A DNA stretch of 64,000 nucleotides, taken from the NCBI GenBank assembly GCA_965226385.1, contig OZ245359.1:1097116-1161115 (forward strand). The letters are read 5' to 3'. The DNA comes from Bryobacterales bacterium. GTDB taxonomy: Bacteria > Acidobacteriota > Terriglobia > Bryobacterales > UBA6623. How positions within the stretch are numbered: position 1 is the first letter of the stretch; the number at the start of each line of letters is the position of its first letter. This document shows, one piece after another, positions 19,867 to 30,447 of this stretch. A program made the translations under genes and the position numbers. Below the pieces are notes generated by a model that ran no database searches, was not told the origin of the DNA, and saw only the letters and a list, made by a program, of their open reading frames with translations.

Positions 19867-20166
19867 TTAAAACGCAAGATTGAAGCCTACTCCGGCCGAG
19901 TGGGCTTCATGAATTGTGGTCACGTGAGAGTCCGGGTCATATCGGTAAAACAATCCGACCTTGGTTCTTGAGTTCAGTTGATAAATGAGCTTGGTCTCAA
20001 GCTCAATTTCCAGATTCCTGAAACCATTGAAAAACCGCAGTTCCACGATTGGCTCAAAGTGGAGTTTGCCGGTGATGGGAAACTCCTTCTCCAGGTAGGT
20101 CACAACCTCTTCCAGCGAGTTAACGAAGGCGTCCACTTCGGCCAGCATGGGTAGCCACCAGTGCAC
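19867..20166 (-). pseudogene. possible C-terminal remnant of an outer-membrane beta-barrel gene
   Basis: The 99-aa ORF (GTG start) ends ...HEAHSAGVGFNLAF, with alternating hydrophobics and a terminal Phe (an OMP beta-signal). A beta-strand-like segment (VDWIEFYFGVVYQLSIAWLALPEV) lies just upstream in another frame. The 20.2-20.8 kb stretch is full of stops in all minus-strand frames. Confidence 0.3.
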
Positions 20167-20814
20167 ACCGTCAAGTGCTGCGCTTCCTGATCTGTGTATT
20201 CACCTCCGGCAATGCAAGCCAAGCAATGCTCAATTGATAAACCACTCCAAAGTAAAATTCTATCCAGTCCACAATCAACACCCCCTGGAACTGCAACCAT
20301 TGGTGACAGAAAACACTCAGCTCCGGATCTCTGCAGGGAGACCCGGTGAAGAGTACCAGGTTGGTGATGTTTGACCAGCTCCTCGTCCCGGTACAATCAC
20401 TCCTCGGGCCACACCGAGCGCACGACTACTTTCTTCAGGTACAGGACGTCCGCACTGCTCTCAATTGGGACTGCTAGCTGCTACAAGATCCAGTCCTCCC
20501 CCTGAACTCCTTACTACGGAACAGACACTCCAAAAAGAATCAGTTGTGGACTATTGCTCCGCAGTGCTCATTCGAGTTCTTTCGCCAGTCCCCCTCGTAG
20601 CACCTGATACCATCTCCTCTTCCCATACCCACTTTCAGACACAACTGTCATTTGGGAAATACTAAGGCCATGTTTCAGTCTCGCAATCTACGTTGGAGTA
20701 CAGGCATACAGCGTCTGGAGAATCACAAAAAATCGTATGCAAGGGCAGTTGCGTCGATCTGTCCGGCCTGCCTATGTGGTGCTACTGGGCATGAGTTGAC
20801 CGGATGCGGGCACG

Positions 20815-23442
20815 CTAGAACGCCAGTTCCAGGCTGAATTTGAACGCTCGCCCGTCATTGAGTGTGTTGGTAATCTGTCCGAAGCTCGGAGAAGTCAATT
20901 CACGGCCGGGCTGGGCGAACTGCGGATGATTAAAAAGGTTCAAGGACTCGGCGCGGAAGAGCAGCGTTATATCGCCCACTGGCGACCATCGTTTCGACGC
21001 TGCAACGTTGACGTTAAAAATCCCGTCCTTACGAAAAGTGTTGCGGCCCAAGTTGCCTGCCACGTCCCCCGGTAGCATGAAGGCGAATGCGGATGGTGGT
21101 AGCTGGTCGAGCGACGTGTCCGGATCGTCCACCGAACGCCCTAGTACAGCGACGTCTACCACGTTCGGCCGGTCTCCGGGGGAACCGTCGACGTTCCCAA
21201 AACCTTCGCCGTCAGAACCAGCGACTACATCGAAGGGAGTACCGGATTTTACCAGGGTCACCATGCTCAACTGCCAGCCGCTAACAAGACGGAACACGGG
21301 TCCTCGCCAATTGGGCAGCCTCCAGTTCATCTTCAGCAAGAGTGCGTGGGGTTGGTCAAACGAACTCAGACCCCGCATCTCCGCATGAGAGTTGAATTCC
21401 GATTGACTGCGACCTAGCCTGGCCGAGGTGCCAGATGCGGTATTTGAGAAATCGTTGCCCAAGTCGATCGCCTTGCTCCACCAATACGACATTTCCATCG
21501 TCATTCCCTTCCAGTTCGGAATGCCCAAAACGACCTTGCCCGCATCAAAATAGCCCCTGGAGCCATTCAGGACGAGGCGGTTGTCGAAGAAGCGCGGGTC
21601 CGGCCGACGCTGATTCACAGTGGATGTCGTTTGGGGAATGCCTAGTACCGGCTGTGCCCGGTTCGTGTACCAAAGTGTCAGGAGCTTGTGCGTCCGGCTG
21701 CCCACGTAACCGATATCAAGCGTCCAGTCCCCGCCCAGAGGCAGTTGCCAGTCCAAGCCGTACTGGTGAGAGTAGGGCATGGCGAGTTCGGGATCCATTT
21801 GGAACACCGTGGATCTCGCGTTGGGGTTGAAGTCAGAAGGTGCGAGCCGCGCTAACGGTTGCACCAAGTCCGGAACCTGCACAGTGATATTGATATTCGC
21901 GGGAGGACTGAAGCGAGATTGGCCGTATGTAACATCGAAGATCTGTCCGTAGTGAATTCCGTAAGACCCCCGCCAGATGCCCAGCCCGCCACCGAGACGG
22001 TACGCGAATCCCACGCGTGGTGCCAGATTGTTACAGTCACAGTCGTAAGGGATTTCGGTCAGACCGTGAACTTCCTTGGGGGCTGTGACGGGTTCGTAGC
22101 GTAATCCCAGATTCAACGTCAGGGAGTCGGATATTTTCCACGTGTCCCCCATGTAGTACTGCAAGCTCCAGTTGCGGAATCCCCTGTGGACATCGCCGAT
22201 CGCGATGCGATAGACGCTGGGGGCACCAAGCCGAATGTTAGTGATGGCGTCCCGTCCGAAATCGTTGCGGAAGAAGAAGAGTCCACGGTGACTCTCGGCT
22301 TCGTAGCCATTAAGCTGCCTCCTCATCAGATCCGCCCCGAATGTCCAGTCGTGATCGCCACTCGTATGCCTAGCACGCGCGGCGTAGATAAAGCGGTTCA
22401 GCGCACGGTCTATCGGGATACTGGAGCCTGGTCCCAGAAACTCTACGACATATCCAGTTAAGATCAGCGGCCCCACGGACGACTCCTCTCCTACGAGTAG
22501 GCTGCCCACCCGTTCGTAACCCACCGTGAAGTCGGTCATCGTTGCCGAGGACCAGTTACGCGTCCATCCGACTCTTGCCACGTGGTTCTTCGTGGTCGTG
22601 TCGGGATTCTGTCCACCCACTAGTTGGAACGCATCGACCTTTTGTCCTGTGAAGCCGTACTGCTGGATGATATGGTTGCGCTTGCCTATCGACTGGCGAA
22701 GCCGAATGGAAGCCCGGTCGTTATTGATGCTCTGTAAGTCGTTTGTGTTCAATGCGCGCGGGTTTATGTCCGTTCGGTTTGGTATCTCGTCGGGGTAAGC
22801 GTCGAGCAGGCGCTGGACAAAGGCACGCGGCAGCGGGTCGGTCGTCAAAGGCGTCCTCTCGTCCGGAGTGGGGACAAGCACGTTCCCGTTGACATTACCC
22901 CTGGAACGCACCTGACTCACATCGAACAGCACGGACGAACCCCACCAGGTCGGCATGCCGAGAGTAATGCCGAACTCATTGTCATGGGCGGGCTTTACAC
23001 CTCCGGCCTGGAAGAAGGATCGGGCGCTGGTCAAGCTGTTCTGGTGTGCCCAGTGCAGTTTGCCGTGGGCCTTGGCCGCAGGCGCAAGGGTTGTCTGCAG
23101 GATGCTCTTAGGAGGCTGCCCGAACTCCCCCGCGAAATAACTGTTCTCGATCTTCAGGTCGAGTGGGACCGTCGCTGTGGTTCCCATACGGGTCGTCATC
23201 TCGCTGAGTACGTTGTTGTCGATTAAAGTGATGCGGACATTCTCGTTACGGCGTCCTTCTCCTTCGGAGGAATCCACTTCGCCGAGCAGGTTCAGCTCCG
23301 TCCGTCCGGCATCATCTTCGGAAGGTACTGTCGGCTCCGTTGCTGGGAGTTCGGGCTGCTGAGCGCTAGTTTCGGGCTGTTCCTGGGCTTCGCTTGAAAC
23401 GGCGGCCATCAAGCAAAGCACCGCCAGAACAATTATCCTCAT
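20815..23442 (-). CDS. TonB-dependent-receptor-like outer-membrane beta-barrel protein
   Basis: ORF trimmed to the ATG at 23442 (MRIIVLAVLCLMAAVSSEAQ signal peptide). 875 aa with an acidic/Pro-rich N-terminal linker and a long beta-rich body. It ends ...GRAFKFSLELAF (aromatic C-terminus). Confidence 0.7.
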   Translation of the reverse strand: MRIIVLAVLCLMAAVSSEAQEQPETSAQQPELPATEPTVPSEDDAGRTELNLLGEVDSSEGEGRRNENVRITLIDNNVLSEMTTRMGTTATVPLDLKIENSYFAGEFGQPPKSILQTTLAPAAKAHGKLHWAHQNSLTSARSFFQAGGVKPAHDNEFGITLGMPTWWGSSVLFDVSQVRSRGNVNGNVLVPTPDERTPLTTDPLPRAFVQRLLDAYPDEIPNRTDINPRALNTNDLQSINNDRASIRLRQSIGKRNHIIQQYGFTGQKVDAFQLVGGQNPDTTTKNHVARVGWTRNWSSATMTDFTVGYERVGSLLVGEESSVGPLILTGYVVEFLGPGSSIPIDRALNRFIYAARARHTSGDHDWTFGADLMRRQLNGYEAESHRGLFFFRNDFGRDAITNIRLGAPSVYRIAIGDVHRGFRNWSLQYYMGDTWKISDSLTLNLGLRYEPVTAPKEVHGLTEIPYDCDCNNLAPRVGFAYRLGGGLGIWRGSYGIHYGQIFDVTYGQSRFSPPANINITVQVPDLVQPLARLAPSDFNPNARSTVFQMDPELAMPYSHQYGLDWQLPLGGDWTLDIGYVGSRTHKLLTLWYTNRAQPVLGIPQTTSTVNQRRPDPRFFDNRLVLNGSRGYFDAGKVVLGIPNWKGMTMEMSYWWSKAIDLGNDFSNTASGTSARLGRSQSEFNSHAEMRGLSSFDQPHALLLKMNWRLPNWRGPVFRLVSGWQLSMVTLVKSGTPFDVVAGSDGEGFGNVDGSPGDRPNVVDVAVLGRSVDDPDTSLDQLPPSAFAFMLPGDVAGNLGRNTFRKDGIFNVNVAASKRWSPVGDITLLFRAESLNLFNHPQFAQPGRELTSPSFGQITNTLNDGRAFKFSLELAF

Positions 23443-23729
23443 GCCGCTAAATTCTCGCACATCGGGATCTGTTATCATTTCCAACGACTCGCGTTTGGAG
23501 CCCTGAATTTGGCTGCCGAGTGGGCTTGGCAGACATCGCCCACACCCGTATCTACGTCGCAAACTTGCAATACGAAGTGCCTTTCTTCAGGTCGCGGAAA
23601 GAAGTGTTCAAGCAGATACCGGGCTGCTGGACAGCGGCGGCATAGTTACATTCCAGAGCTGGAGTTCTAGCGGAGCGACGCTGTCCAGCGAAAAGGCACG
23701 TGTCGGCGGGGAGGACACACTGTTGAAAT

Positions 23730-23805
23730 TGGTGGACCTGGAGGGATTTGAACCCTCGACCTCCTCCATGCCATGGAGGCGCGCTCCCAACTGCGCCACA
23801 GGCCC
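23730..23805 (-). tRNA. tRNA-Ala (anticodon GGC), 76 nt, CCA encoded
   Basis: The reverse complement folds as GGGCCTG-TG-GCGC-AGTTGGGA-GCGC-G-CCTCC-ATGGCAT-GGAGG-AGGTC-GAGGG-TTCAAAT-CCCTC-CAGGTCC-A-CCA. The G3:U70 alanine identity pair is present. Confidence 0.9.
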
Positions 23806-23968
23806 ACTAGTTAATGTTTTTTTATTTTACCATCAGGGATTTGCCGCCACTGATGATTCTGCCCCTGATCATGTTTAATCGCATTAACAGTTGAGGCTTT
23901 AGTTGGATTTTATTCAGGTTCTTGATTGCTGCAAATACTCACAAGCTTGTTGGCATACTGCACGCTCA

Positions 23969-25588
23969 ATGGCAGATCATAAGCTTCTCGGTATCACCGT
24001 ACTGCCCGAGTACATCCAGAGCGAAGGTACTGACGGAGTCATCAATAACCTCGTCCGTATCGGGGCCAATGCAGTAGCCAGTTCACCCTACTTGATGCAG
24101 GAAGCAGACCGCCAAACCGGTCAGCGTGAACCTCCTGCCGATGCCAAGGCCGGCTCAGTCAGATTACTGGACAGACCACTCTTCGGAAAACGCGAAGTAT
24201 GGGTCACAACAGTTCCCAGCTTTGAGCCAGACCCCGTCCTTTATCACGGACTGCGATACCAACCAATGGAACCGACCGAGTTGACCCGCACGGATGGTCA
24301 TTTGCTCAACGACTTCATTGACGCAGCACACAAGAAAAACATCAAAACCTACTTCCAGGTGCAAGCGGCAATTCCTCCCGGGTACAGGGTGCAGTTTGGA
24401 GGACCGGTTGAGAATGACAGGGCCCGGCGGCCTGACGGGACGATCCCCGAGAAACGCCTGGCCAGGAACGGTAGCCTTGCCAGCCCGCACATTCTGGGCT
24501 ATGAACATGCCCTGCTACGTGACCTGGTTAAAAATTACCCACGGCTGGATGGTCTTCGTATCGACTGGCCTGAATACCCACCCTATTTCCTGGATTCAGT
24601 TTTTCTGGACTTCTCCTATCACGCCGAAAAAGCCGCTGAGCGCATGGGCTTTCCTTTTGAGCGCATGCGACGGGACGTGGGAAAGTTCTACAGCAAGCTG
24701 CACGGCGGACTGACGAATGCTGATATTGAACCCTGGGCGAACGACAGGGATGGCGGTCGATTTCACATGCGTCGTCTGCTTTCTGATTACCCCAGCGTGA
24801 CCGCCTGGTTACGTTTCAAGGCCGCTCTGGTCGAGGAGATGATTGCCGGGTTCCGCAGTGTCATGAATGAGGCAGGCGGTGAATCAATGGAACTGCTGCC
24901 CAATGCCTTTCCCCCACCCTGGACAATCGTCTCGGGCATGGACTTCACTCGTGTTGCAAAGCACTCTTCTGCAATCAGCTGTAAACTCTACACGATGCAC
25001 TGGCCCATGATACTGCGTTTTTACGGTGATCAGTTACTGGCAGCCAACCCAGGCCTTTCGAGCGAGTTACTCGCCAAGGCGCTGGTACGCCTGCTTGACA
25101 TCGCAGATGATGCAGGACTGGAATCCGTCACAGATTACTCATATCCCGACCCCGATACTCCACATCCCGTCGGTCCCCTGGCGCAGAAGCGCAAGATACG
25201 ACAAGCCCAGCGGGAAGCGGGATCAACACCCGTGTACGTCCTGGCCCATGGGTATGGCCCTCTTGAGGATTTCCGGAAACGGCTTGAGGTTGCTCGGGGT
25301 GCGGGTATTTCATGGACTGCTCGGATTACTACTGAGTCGGTTCATCCCTGCCTGCATACAATGAAAATTCCACATGCGGAAACGGAGTCGCCTCATTGTC
25401 CCCAGAAGATCGCATCTTTCAGCAGCGCTACGACAAGATTGCAAAAATTGAAAAACTCGGTTTTCAGCGTTACCCCCACAGGTACGATGCAAGCCATACG
25501 ATTGGTCAGTTGCGTAAAAAACATGACCCTCTTGATGCGGAGACACTGGAACTCGAGTCATTCCAGGTATGCATTTGTGGCCGCCTGA
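23969..25588 (+). CDS. hypothetical protein, possibly a glycoside-hydrolase-like TIM barrel; 3' end doubtful
   Basis: ORF trimmed to the ATG at 23969 (MADHKLLGITVLPEY...). The motif LDGLRIDWPEYPPYF resembles the DG(I/L)x(L/F)D(Y/W)xxYP motif of GHL10-type hydrolase-like families; this is a weak call. The last 193 nt overlap lysS out of frame and translate to implausible sequence. Confidence 0.5.
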   Translation: MADHKLLGITVLPEYIQSEGTDGVINNLVRIGANAVASSPYLMQEADRQTGQREPPADAKAGSVRLLDRPLFGKREVWVTTVPSFEPDPVLYHGLRYQPMEPTELTRTDGHLLNDFIDAAHKKNIKTYFQVQAAIPPGYRVQFGGPVENDRARRPDGTIPEKRLARNGSLASPHILGYEHALLRDLVKNYPRLDGLRIDWPEYPPYFLDSVFLDFSYHAEKAAERMGFPFERMRRDVGKFYSKLHGGLTNADIEPWANDRDGGRFHMRRLLSDYPSVTAWLRFKAALVEEMIAGFRSVMNEAGGESMELLPNAFPPPWTIVSGMDFTRVAKHSSAISCKLYTMHWPMILRFYGDQLLAANPGLSSELLAKALVRLLDIADDAGLESVTDYSYPDPDTPHPVGPLAQKRKIRQAQREAGSTPVYVLAHGYGPLEDFRKRLEVARGAGISWTARITTESVHPCLHTMKIPHAETESPHCPQKIASFSSATTRLQKLKNSVFSVTPTGTMQAIRLVSCVKNMTLLMRRHWNSSHSRYAFVAA

Positions 25589-26967
25589 CCACCAAAAGGC
25601 GCCAAGGAAAAGCGGGGTTTGCAAACCTCAAGCAGAATGGCATCCAGGTACAGATTTATGTTCGCCGTGACGAGGTCTCGGAGCAAGCATTCGAACTGTA
25701 CAAGATACTGGATGCCGGTGACCTGATCGGTGTCGAGGGTCGAATCTTTCGTACCCGGACTGGAGAGCTGACGGTTCGAGCTTCAAGTCTTGAGTACCTT
25801 GCAAAGGGCATTCTGCCACTGCCAGAGAAATTTCATGGGTTGCAGGATGTCGAGATCCGGTACCGGCAGAGATCCCTGGATCTGATCAGTAACGATTCCG
25901 TACGAGACACATTTGTAACTCGCGACAGGATTATCCGTACCCTGCGTGAGGCCTTCGCGAGACGGGACTATATCGAAGTGGAGACACCCATGATGCAGCC
26001 TTTGTACGGCGGTGCGATGGCTCGCCCATTCCTGACTCACCACAATGCACTGGATGTGGACCTGTTTCTTCGGATTGCTCCGGAGTTGTACCTCAAGCGC
26101 CTGATCATCGGTGGCCTGGACCGCGTCTATGAGATCAACCGCAATTTTCGCAACGAGGGTCTTTCGAGACACCACAACCCTGAGTTCACGATGCTTGAGT
26201 TCTATGAAGCTTACAGCAACTACATGGACTTTATTCAATTCAGTGAGGAACTGTTACGGTTAACTGCAGAAACTGTAACCAATGGAAAGACTGCCGTTGA
26301 GTTCGGTGGTCAGCACATTGACTTCAGTTCCTTGAACCGCCTCACACTCCACGAGGCAGTTGCCGAATACTGGCCCGACAATGCATCCAGACCAAAACCG
26401 GAAGACCTCGAAGATATTGGCAAGATTCGGGAACTGGCACAGCTGCATAACAAGCAAGTTGAAGTCCCTCTCACATTCCACGATGGGGTTTCGGCAGGTG
26501 AGGCACTGCTCAAGTTATTCGAAGCGTCCTGTGAAGCAAGGGTAATCCAGCCGACCGCCGTGTACGACTATCCAATCGAGGCATCACCCCTGTCCAAGCA
26601 GAAACCCGACAACCCGGCATGGGTCGAACGTTTCGAGATTTTCTGTGCAGGAATGGAAATCGCCAACGGGTACTCCGAGTTAAATGATCCAGAGGAACAA
26701 ATGCTGCGATTCAAACAGCAGGTTGCATTCCGGGCTGCTGGTGATGCGGAGGCCCACCAGATGGATGAGGACTATCTGCGAGCACTCTGTTACGGCATGC
26801 CGCCGACAGCCGGGGAGGGGGTTGGTATTGACCGGCTGACCATGGTCCTGACAGATTCACCGACGATCAGGGATGTAATCCTGTTTCCGCTTCTGCGTCC
26901 TGAAAGCAATATCGGGATGGCGGATCGCCTGAAAAAGGCAGCAGCAAACGAAAAAGCAGCCGATTAA
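25396..26967 (+). CDS. lysS: lysine--tRNA ligase (class II)
   Basis: 523 aa. It has an OB-fold N-domain (VCICGRLTTKRRQGKAGFANLKQ) and class II motifs (FRNEGLSRHHNPEFTMLEFYEAY; GMPPTAGEGVGIDRLTMVL). The only start candidate in frame after the upstream stop (25333-25335) is TTG at 25396. Confidence 0.9.
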   Translation: MSPEDRIFQQRYDKIAKIEKLGFQRYPHRYDASHTIGQLRKKHDPLDAETLELESFQVCICGRLTTKRRQGKAGFANLKQNGIQVQIYVRRDEVSEQAFELYKILDAGDLIGVEGRIFRTRTGELTVRASSLEYLAKGILPLPEKFHGLQDVEIRYRQRSLDLISNDSVRDTFVTRDRIIRTLREAFARRDYIEVETPMMQPLYGGAMARPFLTHHNALDVDLFLRIAPELYLKRLIIGGLDRVYEINRNFRNEGLSRHHNPEFTMLEFYEAYSNYMDFIQFSEELLRLTAETVTNGKTAVEFGGQHIDFSSLNRLTLHEAVAEYWPDNASRPKPEDLEDIGKIRELAQLHNKQVEVPLTFHDGVSAGEALLKLFEASCEARVIQPTAVYDYPIEASPLSKQKPDNPAWVERFEIFCAGMEIANGYSELNDPEEQMLRFKQQVAFRAAGDAEAHQMDEDYLRALCYGMPPTAGEGVGIDRLTMVLTDSPTIRDVILFPLLRPESNIGMADRLKKAAANEKAAD

Positions 26968-27058
26968 AACTGCACCGTGAAGCACTGTCAATGAATCCAT
27001 TCTCCGACCTCAGAGTGCCAGCAAAAGTTCCTGGCAGCGGTTGCGTGGAGTTTGTTCG

Positions 27059-28888
27059 ATGAACTCATTTCAATGGAAATGGCCTGAGGAAAACGAGGAA
27101 CTGAACCGCCGAGCCCGGGAAATTGCTGAGATTCTCAAGATTCCTGCTGCACTGGGGCGCATCCTTTCACATCGTGGAATAGGTGTTAATGAAGCATACC
27201 TGCTGGAAAACCGAACGCTTGCAAAATGCACTGCTGCAATTGGAGAACCCGAGGGGACAAGGGAAGCTGCTGTCTTCCTACTCCACAGGGCCAGGACAGA
27301 AAGGATCGGCATATTATGCGACTACGATGTAGACGGGGCAACAGCACATGCCATCGTTATTTTAGCATTGAGAGCGATCCTGCCATCCGATGCAAGCGTG
27401 CCTTTGGTCGTCGTTCCTGACCGCCACAAGGAGGGATATGGCCCCAACGAGAGATGTTTGAATGAGCTCATCTCCAATAAGGTGTCCTTTGTTGTCGTGA
27501 TGGACTGTGGAACCGACAAGGCTGAACTCCTGAATCGCTTCCATGTGGAACACGGTCTGATTCCACTTGTTGTTGACCACCACCCGCCACATGATGTTCA
27601 ACTACCAACCGCAGGAATGATCATCAACCCATACGTTCACCGCAAACCTGACCCGGGTGAGCAAGGATCATTATGCACAGCGGCCTTGGCATGGTTTCTG
27701 GCACGGGCATTACTCCGCGAGGCAGGACTTACTGCTCAGGAAACAGTCCTGGTTCGAAAGCAAATTACTGTGTTGGCAGCGCTGGGGACTTCCTGCGACA
27801 TGATGCCATTAAACCAGCCATTCAACCGTGCCCTGTTGCGTACAGGCTTACGTTTCATGCACGAGCCGGAAGCCCTGTCGGTAGGCCTTGCAGCTCTGTG
27901 CCAGGCTGCAAAGCTAAAAGGCAAGTACAGCTACAGCGACCTTGGATTCCGGATTGGTCCACGCATCAATGCCGGCTCACGCATTGATGAATCAGGACTG
28001 GCTGCAAAATGCCTGCGAGAGCAGGATCAAGATAAGGCCTTGAAAATTGCAGAGAAGTTGAACACCCTAAATGAATCCCGCTTGAGTCTGCAACGGGATG
28101 CAATCAATGAACTTGATCAGACCACAGATCAGTCCCTGTTAGCTGCAGGACCTGTGAATATCTACTTCTCTGAAAAGGCAAGGCCAGGTATTGCCGGTCT
28201 GGTGGCATCAAGCTTGCAACAGAGTTTCGGATGGCCAGCAATAGTGCTGGCTCGCAAGGAGGATGGCAGCCTCGCTGGATCGGGACGATCTGCACTCGGG
28301 TTCAATATCGGAGGCCCAGTCTCTGCAGCTTTTCAGAAAGGAATCCTGCTCACTGGTGGTGGACATGCCATGGCATGTGGAATGACCCTGCAACCGGATC
28401 AGTTGGATAGGTTCAAGGAATTTATGCTTGCAAAATTCCAGGAACATGCCGACCAGTCTGAGGAGCCTGTTGTCCCGACTCTTCGCATTGAAGCCGTCAT
28501 GGAGAGGGAATCCCTGGAGCAGGGAGCCCTGCTATCCATTGCAGAGGGCCAGGTATACCTCGAACCCTGGGGGCCAGGATTTCCGGGCCCATTGTTCGGT
28601 ATCCGTGAATGCTCAGTCGAGAAAATCACTAACCGAAAGGGTCACTTGTTCATGGACCTGAACTCGGGTGGCAAGAGATTTCAGGCGGTATTGTGGCGAG
28701 CCTCCGGGTTCTGGAAAGAGCATTTCGGTGTGCCAGATCCTGAAAATCCCATGATCAACCCGCCACCAGTCAATCGGAATTATGAGTTGAAGGTAGATGT
28801 GGCTGGAAGTGTCAAGATCAACAAGTTCAACAACATTTCTTTAGGACAATTTAATATCCGTCTCCTGCGTAAATCTTCTTCCGAATGA
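27059..28888 (+). CDS. recJ: single-stranded-DNA-specific exonuclease RecJ
   Basis: ORF trimmed to the ATG at 27059. DHH-family motifs are present: ILCDYDVDGATA, VVMDCGT, VVDHHPP. A DHHA1-like GGGHAMACG follows. Confidence 0.85.
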   Translation: MNSFQWKWPEENEELNRRAREIAEILKIPAALGRILSHRGIGVNEAYLLENRTLAKCTAAIGEPEGTREAAVFLLHRARTERIGILCDYDVDGATAHAIVILALRAILPSDASVPLVVVPDRHKEGYGPNERCLNELISNKVSFVVVMDCGTDKAELLNRFHVEHGLIPLVVDHHPPHDVQLPTAGMIINPYVHRKPDPGEQGSLCTAALAWFLARALLREAGLTAQETVLVRKQITVLAALGTSCDMMPLNQPFNRALLRTGLRFMHEPEALSVGLAALCQAAKLKGKYSYSDLGFRIGPRINAGSRIDESGLAAKCLREQDQDKALKIAEKLNTLNESRLSLQRDAINELDQTTDQSLLAAGPVNIYFSEKARPGIAGLVASSLQQSFGWPAIVLARKEDGSLAGSGRSALGFNIGGPVSAAFQKGILLTGGGHAMACGMTLQPDQLDRFKEFMLAKFQEHADQSEEPVVPTLRIEAVMERESLEQGALLSIAEGQVYLEPWGPGFPGPLFGIRECSVEKITNRKGHLFMDLNSGGKRFQAVLWRASGFWKEHFGVPDPENPMINPPPVNRNYELKVDVAGSVKINKFNNISLGQFNIRLLRKSSSE

Positions 28889-28932
28889 CAACGGGGAGAA
28901 CGCAACACTTGTTGCTTGGCCTGACTTTGTAC

Positions 28933-30222
28933 CTACTCAAGTGTACGGAATGCTTGCTCGGCACACTCTACCGTGTGGTCAACCTGATCCTGTGAATGGC
29001 ACAGGGACACGAAAGCAGCCTCAAACTGCGAACAAGGCAAATAAATCCCCTGCTCAAACATTTTACGGAAGAATTTCGCAAACTTCTCCGTATCGCAAGC
29101 TGCTGCAGTTTCCCAGTTGCAGACATTGCCAGCAGTAAAGAAAAACGTAATCATTGAGCCAACTCGATTAATCATCAACTCAACTCCAACTGATTTGGAA
29201 GCCTCTAGTACTCCTGTCTCAAGACGCGCTGCAGAAGCTTCAACCTGTTCGTACACTTGTGGCGTGTCCTTGAGATAGCGCAAGGTTGCAAGGCCACCAG
29301 CTACCGCCAGAGGATTACCCGAAAGCGTCCCTGCCTGGTAAACCGCTCCCAAAGGAGCAACCTGTTCCATGATGTCCTTCCGCCCGCCGAATGCTCCGAT
29401 CGGCAGGCCACCGCCGATCACCTTGCCCAGTGTCGTCATATCCGGAGTCACGTTATACAATTGCTGCGCCCCTCCGAGTGCAACCCTGAACCCAGTCATC
29501 ACTTCATCGAAGATCAGTACGGAACCGCTTGCTGTGCACAACTCGCGAAGCCGTTTCAGGAACTGTTTTTGCGGTGGCACGCACCCCATGTTGCCGACAA
29601 CTGGTTCAAGAATGACAGCAGCAATTTCACTACCACGATCACTGAATACCTGTTCAAGAGCTTCAACATCGTTATATGGCAATGGCAGTGTAGTGTTTGC
29701 AAAAGCAGCTGGAACACCATCTGAATCGGATATCCCGAGTGTCGCAAGCCCGGAGCCGGCCTTGACGAGTAGTGAATCGACATGACCGTGATAATTACCT
29801 ATGAACTTGACGACTAAATCTCTGGAGGTATAGCCGCGAGCCACCCGCAAGGCACTCATGGTGGCTTCAGTTCCTGAATTTACAAGACGCACCATTTCAA
29901 TCGAAGGCACAATCTCAATCACGAGCTCAGCCATCTCGATCTCTGCCTCAGTCGGGGCGCCATAGCTGATCCCTTGCTTTAGTGCAGATTTCAGAGCCTC
30001 AAGAACTACCGGATGCTGATGTCCTAGTAACATAGGCCCCCAAGAACCTACATAGTCGATGTATTCATTACCATCTACATCCCAGATTCTTGAGCCTTCA
30101 GCCCGCGAGATAAATACAGGGTCCCTGCCCACGGCGCGAAAAGCTCTGGCAGGTGAATTCACACCGCCAGGGATAGACTTCTGGGCACCTTCAAATAATT
30201 CACTGGATCGCAGATGATTCAT
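28933..30222 (-). CDS. hemL: glutamate-1-semialdehyde 2,1-aminomutase
   Basis: 429 aa. [32 protein letters not shown]... and ...[18 protein letters not shown]...[18 protein letters not shown] are canonical HemL sequences. Confidence 0.95.
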   Translation of the reverse strand: MNHLRSSELFEGAQKSIPGGVNSPARAFRAVGRDPVFISRAEGSRIWDVDGNEYIDYVGSWGPMLLGHQHPVVLEALKSALKQGISYGAPTEAEIEMAELVIEIVPSIEMVRLVNSGTEATMSALRVARGYTSRDLVVKFIGNYHGHVDSLLVKAGSGLATLGISDSDGVPAAFANTTLPLPYNDVEALEQVFSDRGSEIAAVILEPVVGNMGCVPPQKQFLKRLRELCTASGSVLIFDEVMTGFRVALGGAQQLYNVTPDMTTLGKVIGGGLPIGAFGGRKDIMEQVAPLGAVYQAGTLSGNPLAVAGGLATLRYLKDTPQVYEQVEASAARLETGVLEASKSVGVELMINRVGSMITFFFTAGNVCNWETAAACDTEKFAKFFRKMFEQGIYLPCSQFEAAFVSLCHSQDQVDHTVECAEQAFRTLE

Positions 30223-30447
30223 ACGTGTTTTCGATTGCAGGGGATAACTCTCAGCCTGATGTTTTCTCTAATTTTTTCTTTGCAAGAACCCACTTTTGAA
30301 TCAACAACGACTCCCCTTAGGTTCGAGACATTCAGGGAAAACGTTTGTCCGCTGAATAGTCTGGATAACTGGTATCAGGGTAAAAAAAGAATCGAAAGCA
30401 TAGCAAGCGAACCAATCAGATCCTTGCTTGAACTGCAATGAGTCCTG

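Noticed and set aside
20100-20480. A possible selenoprotein: in-frame TGA codons (..VWPEE-TGA-LYRDEELVKHHQPG..) near a selB-containing genome
   Set aside because: The surrounding translation is Cys/Trp-rich nonsense with further stops upstream. There is no start codon context and no SECIS-like hairpin immediately 3' of the TGA. It fits a decayed locus better.
23443-23729. A riboswitch (e.g. cobalamin) in the 287-nt leader of the TonB-like barrel gene
   Set aside because: I could not find a B12-box-like element or other riboswitch core motifs, only weak 5-bp hairpins. An Rfam scan would settle it.
28889-28932. A bidirectional terminator between recJ and hemL (GCAAC-ACTT-GTTGC)
   Set aside because: It has only a 5-bp stem and no U-tract on either strand, which is too weak to call.
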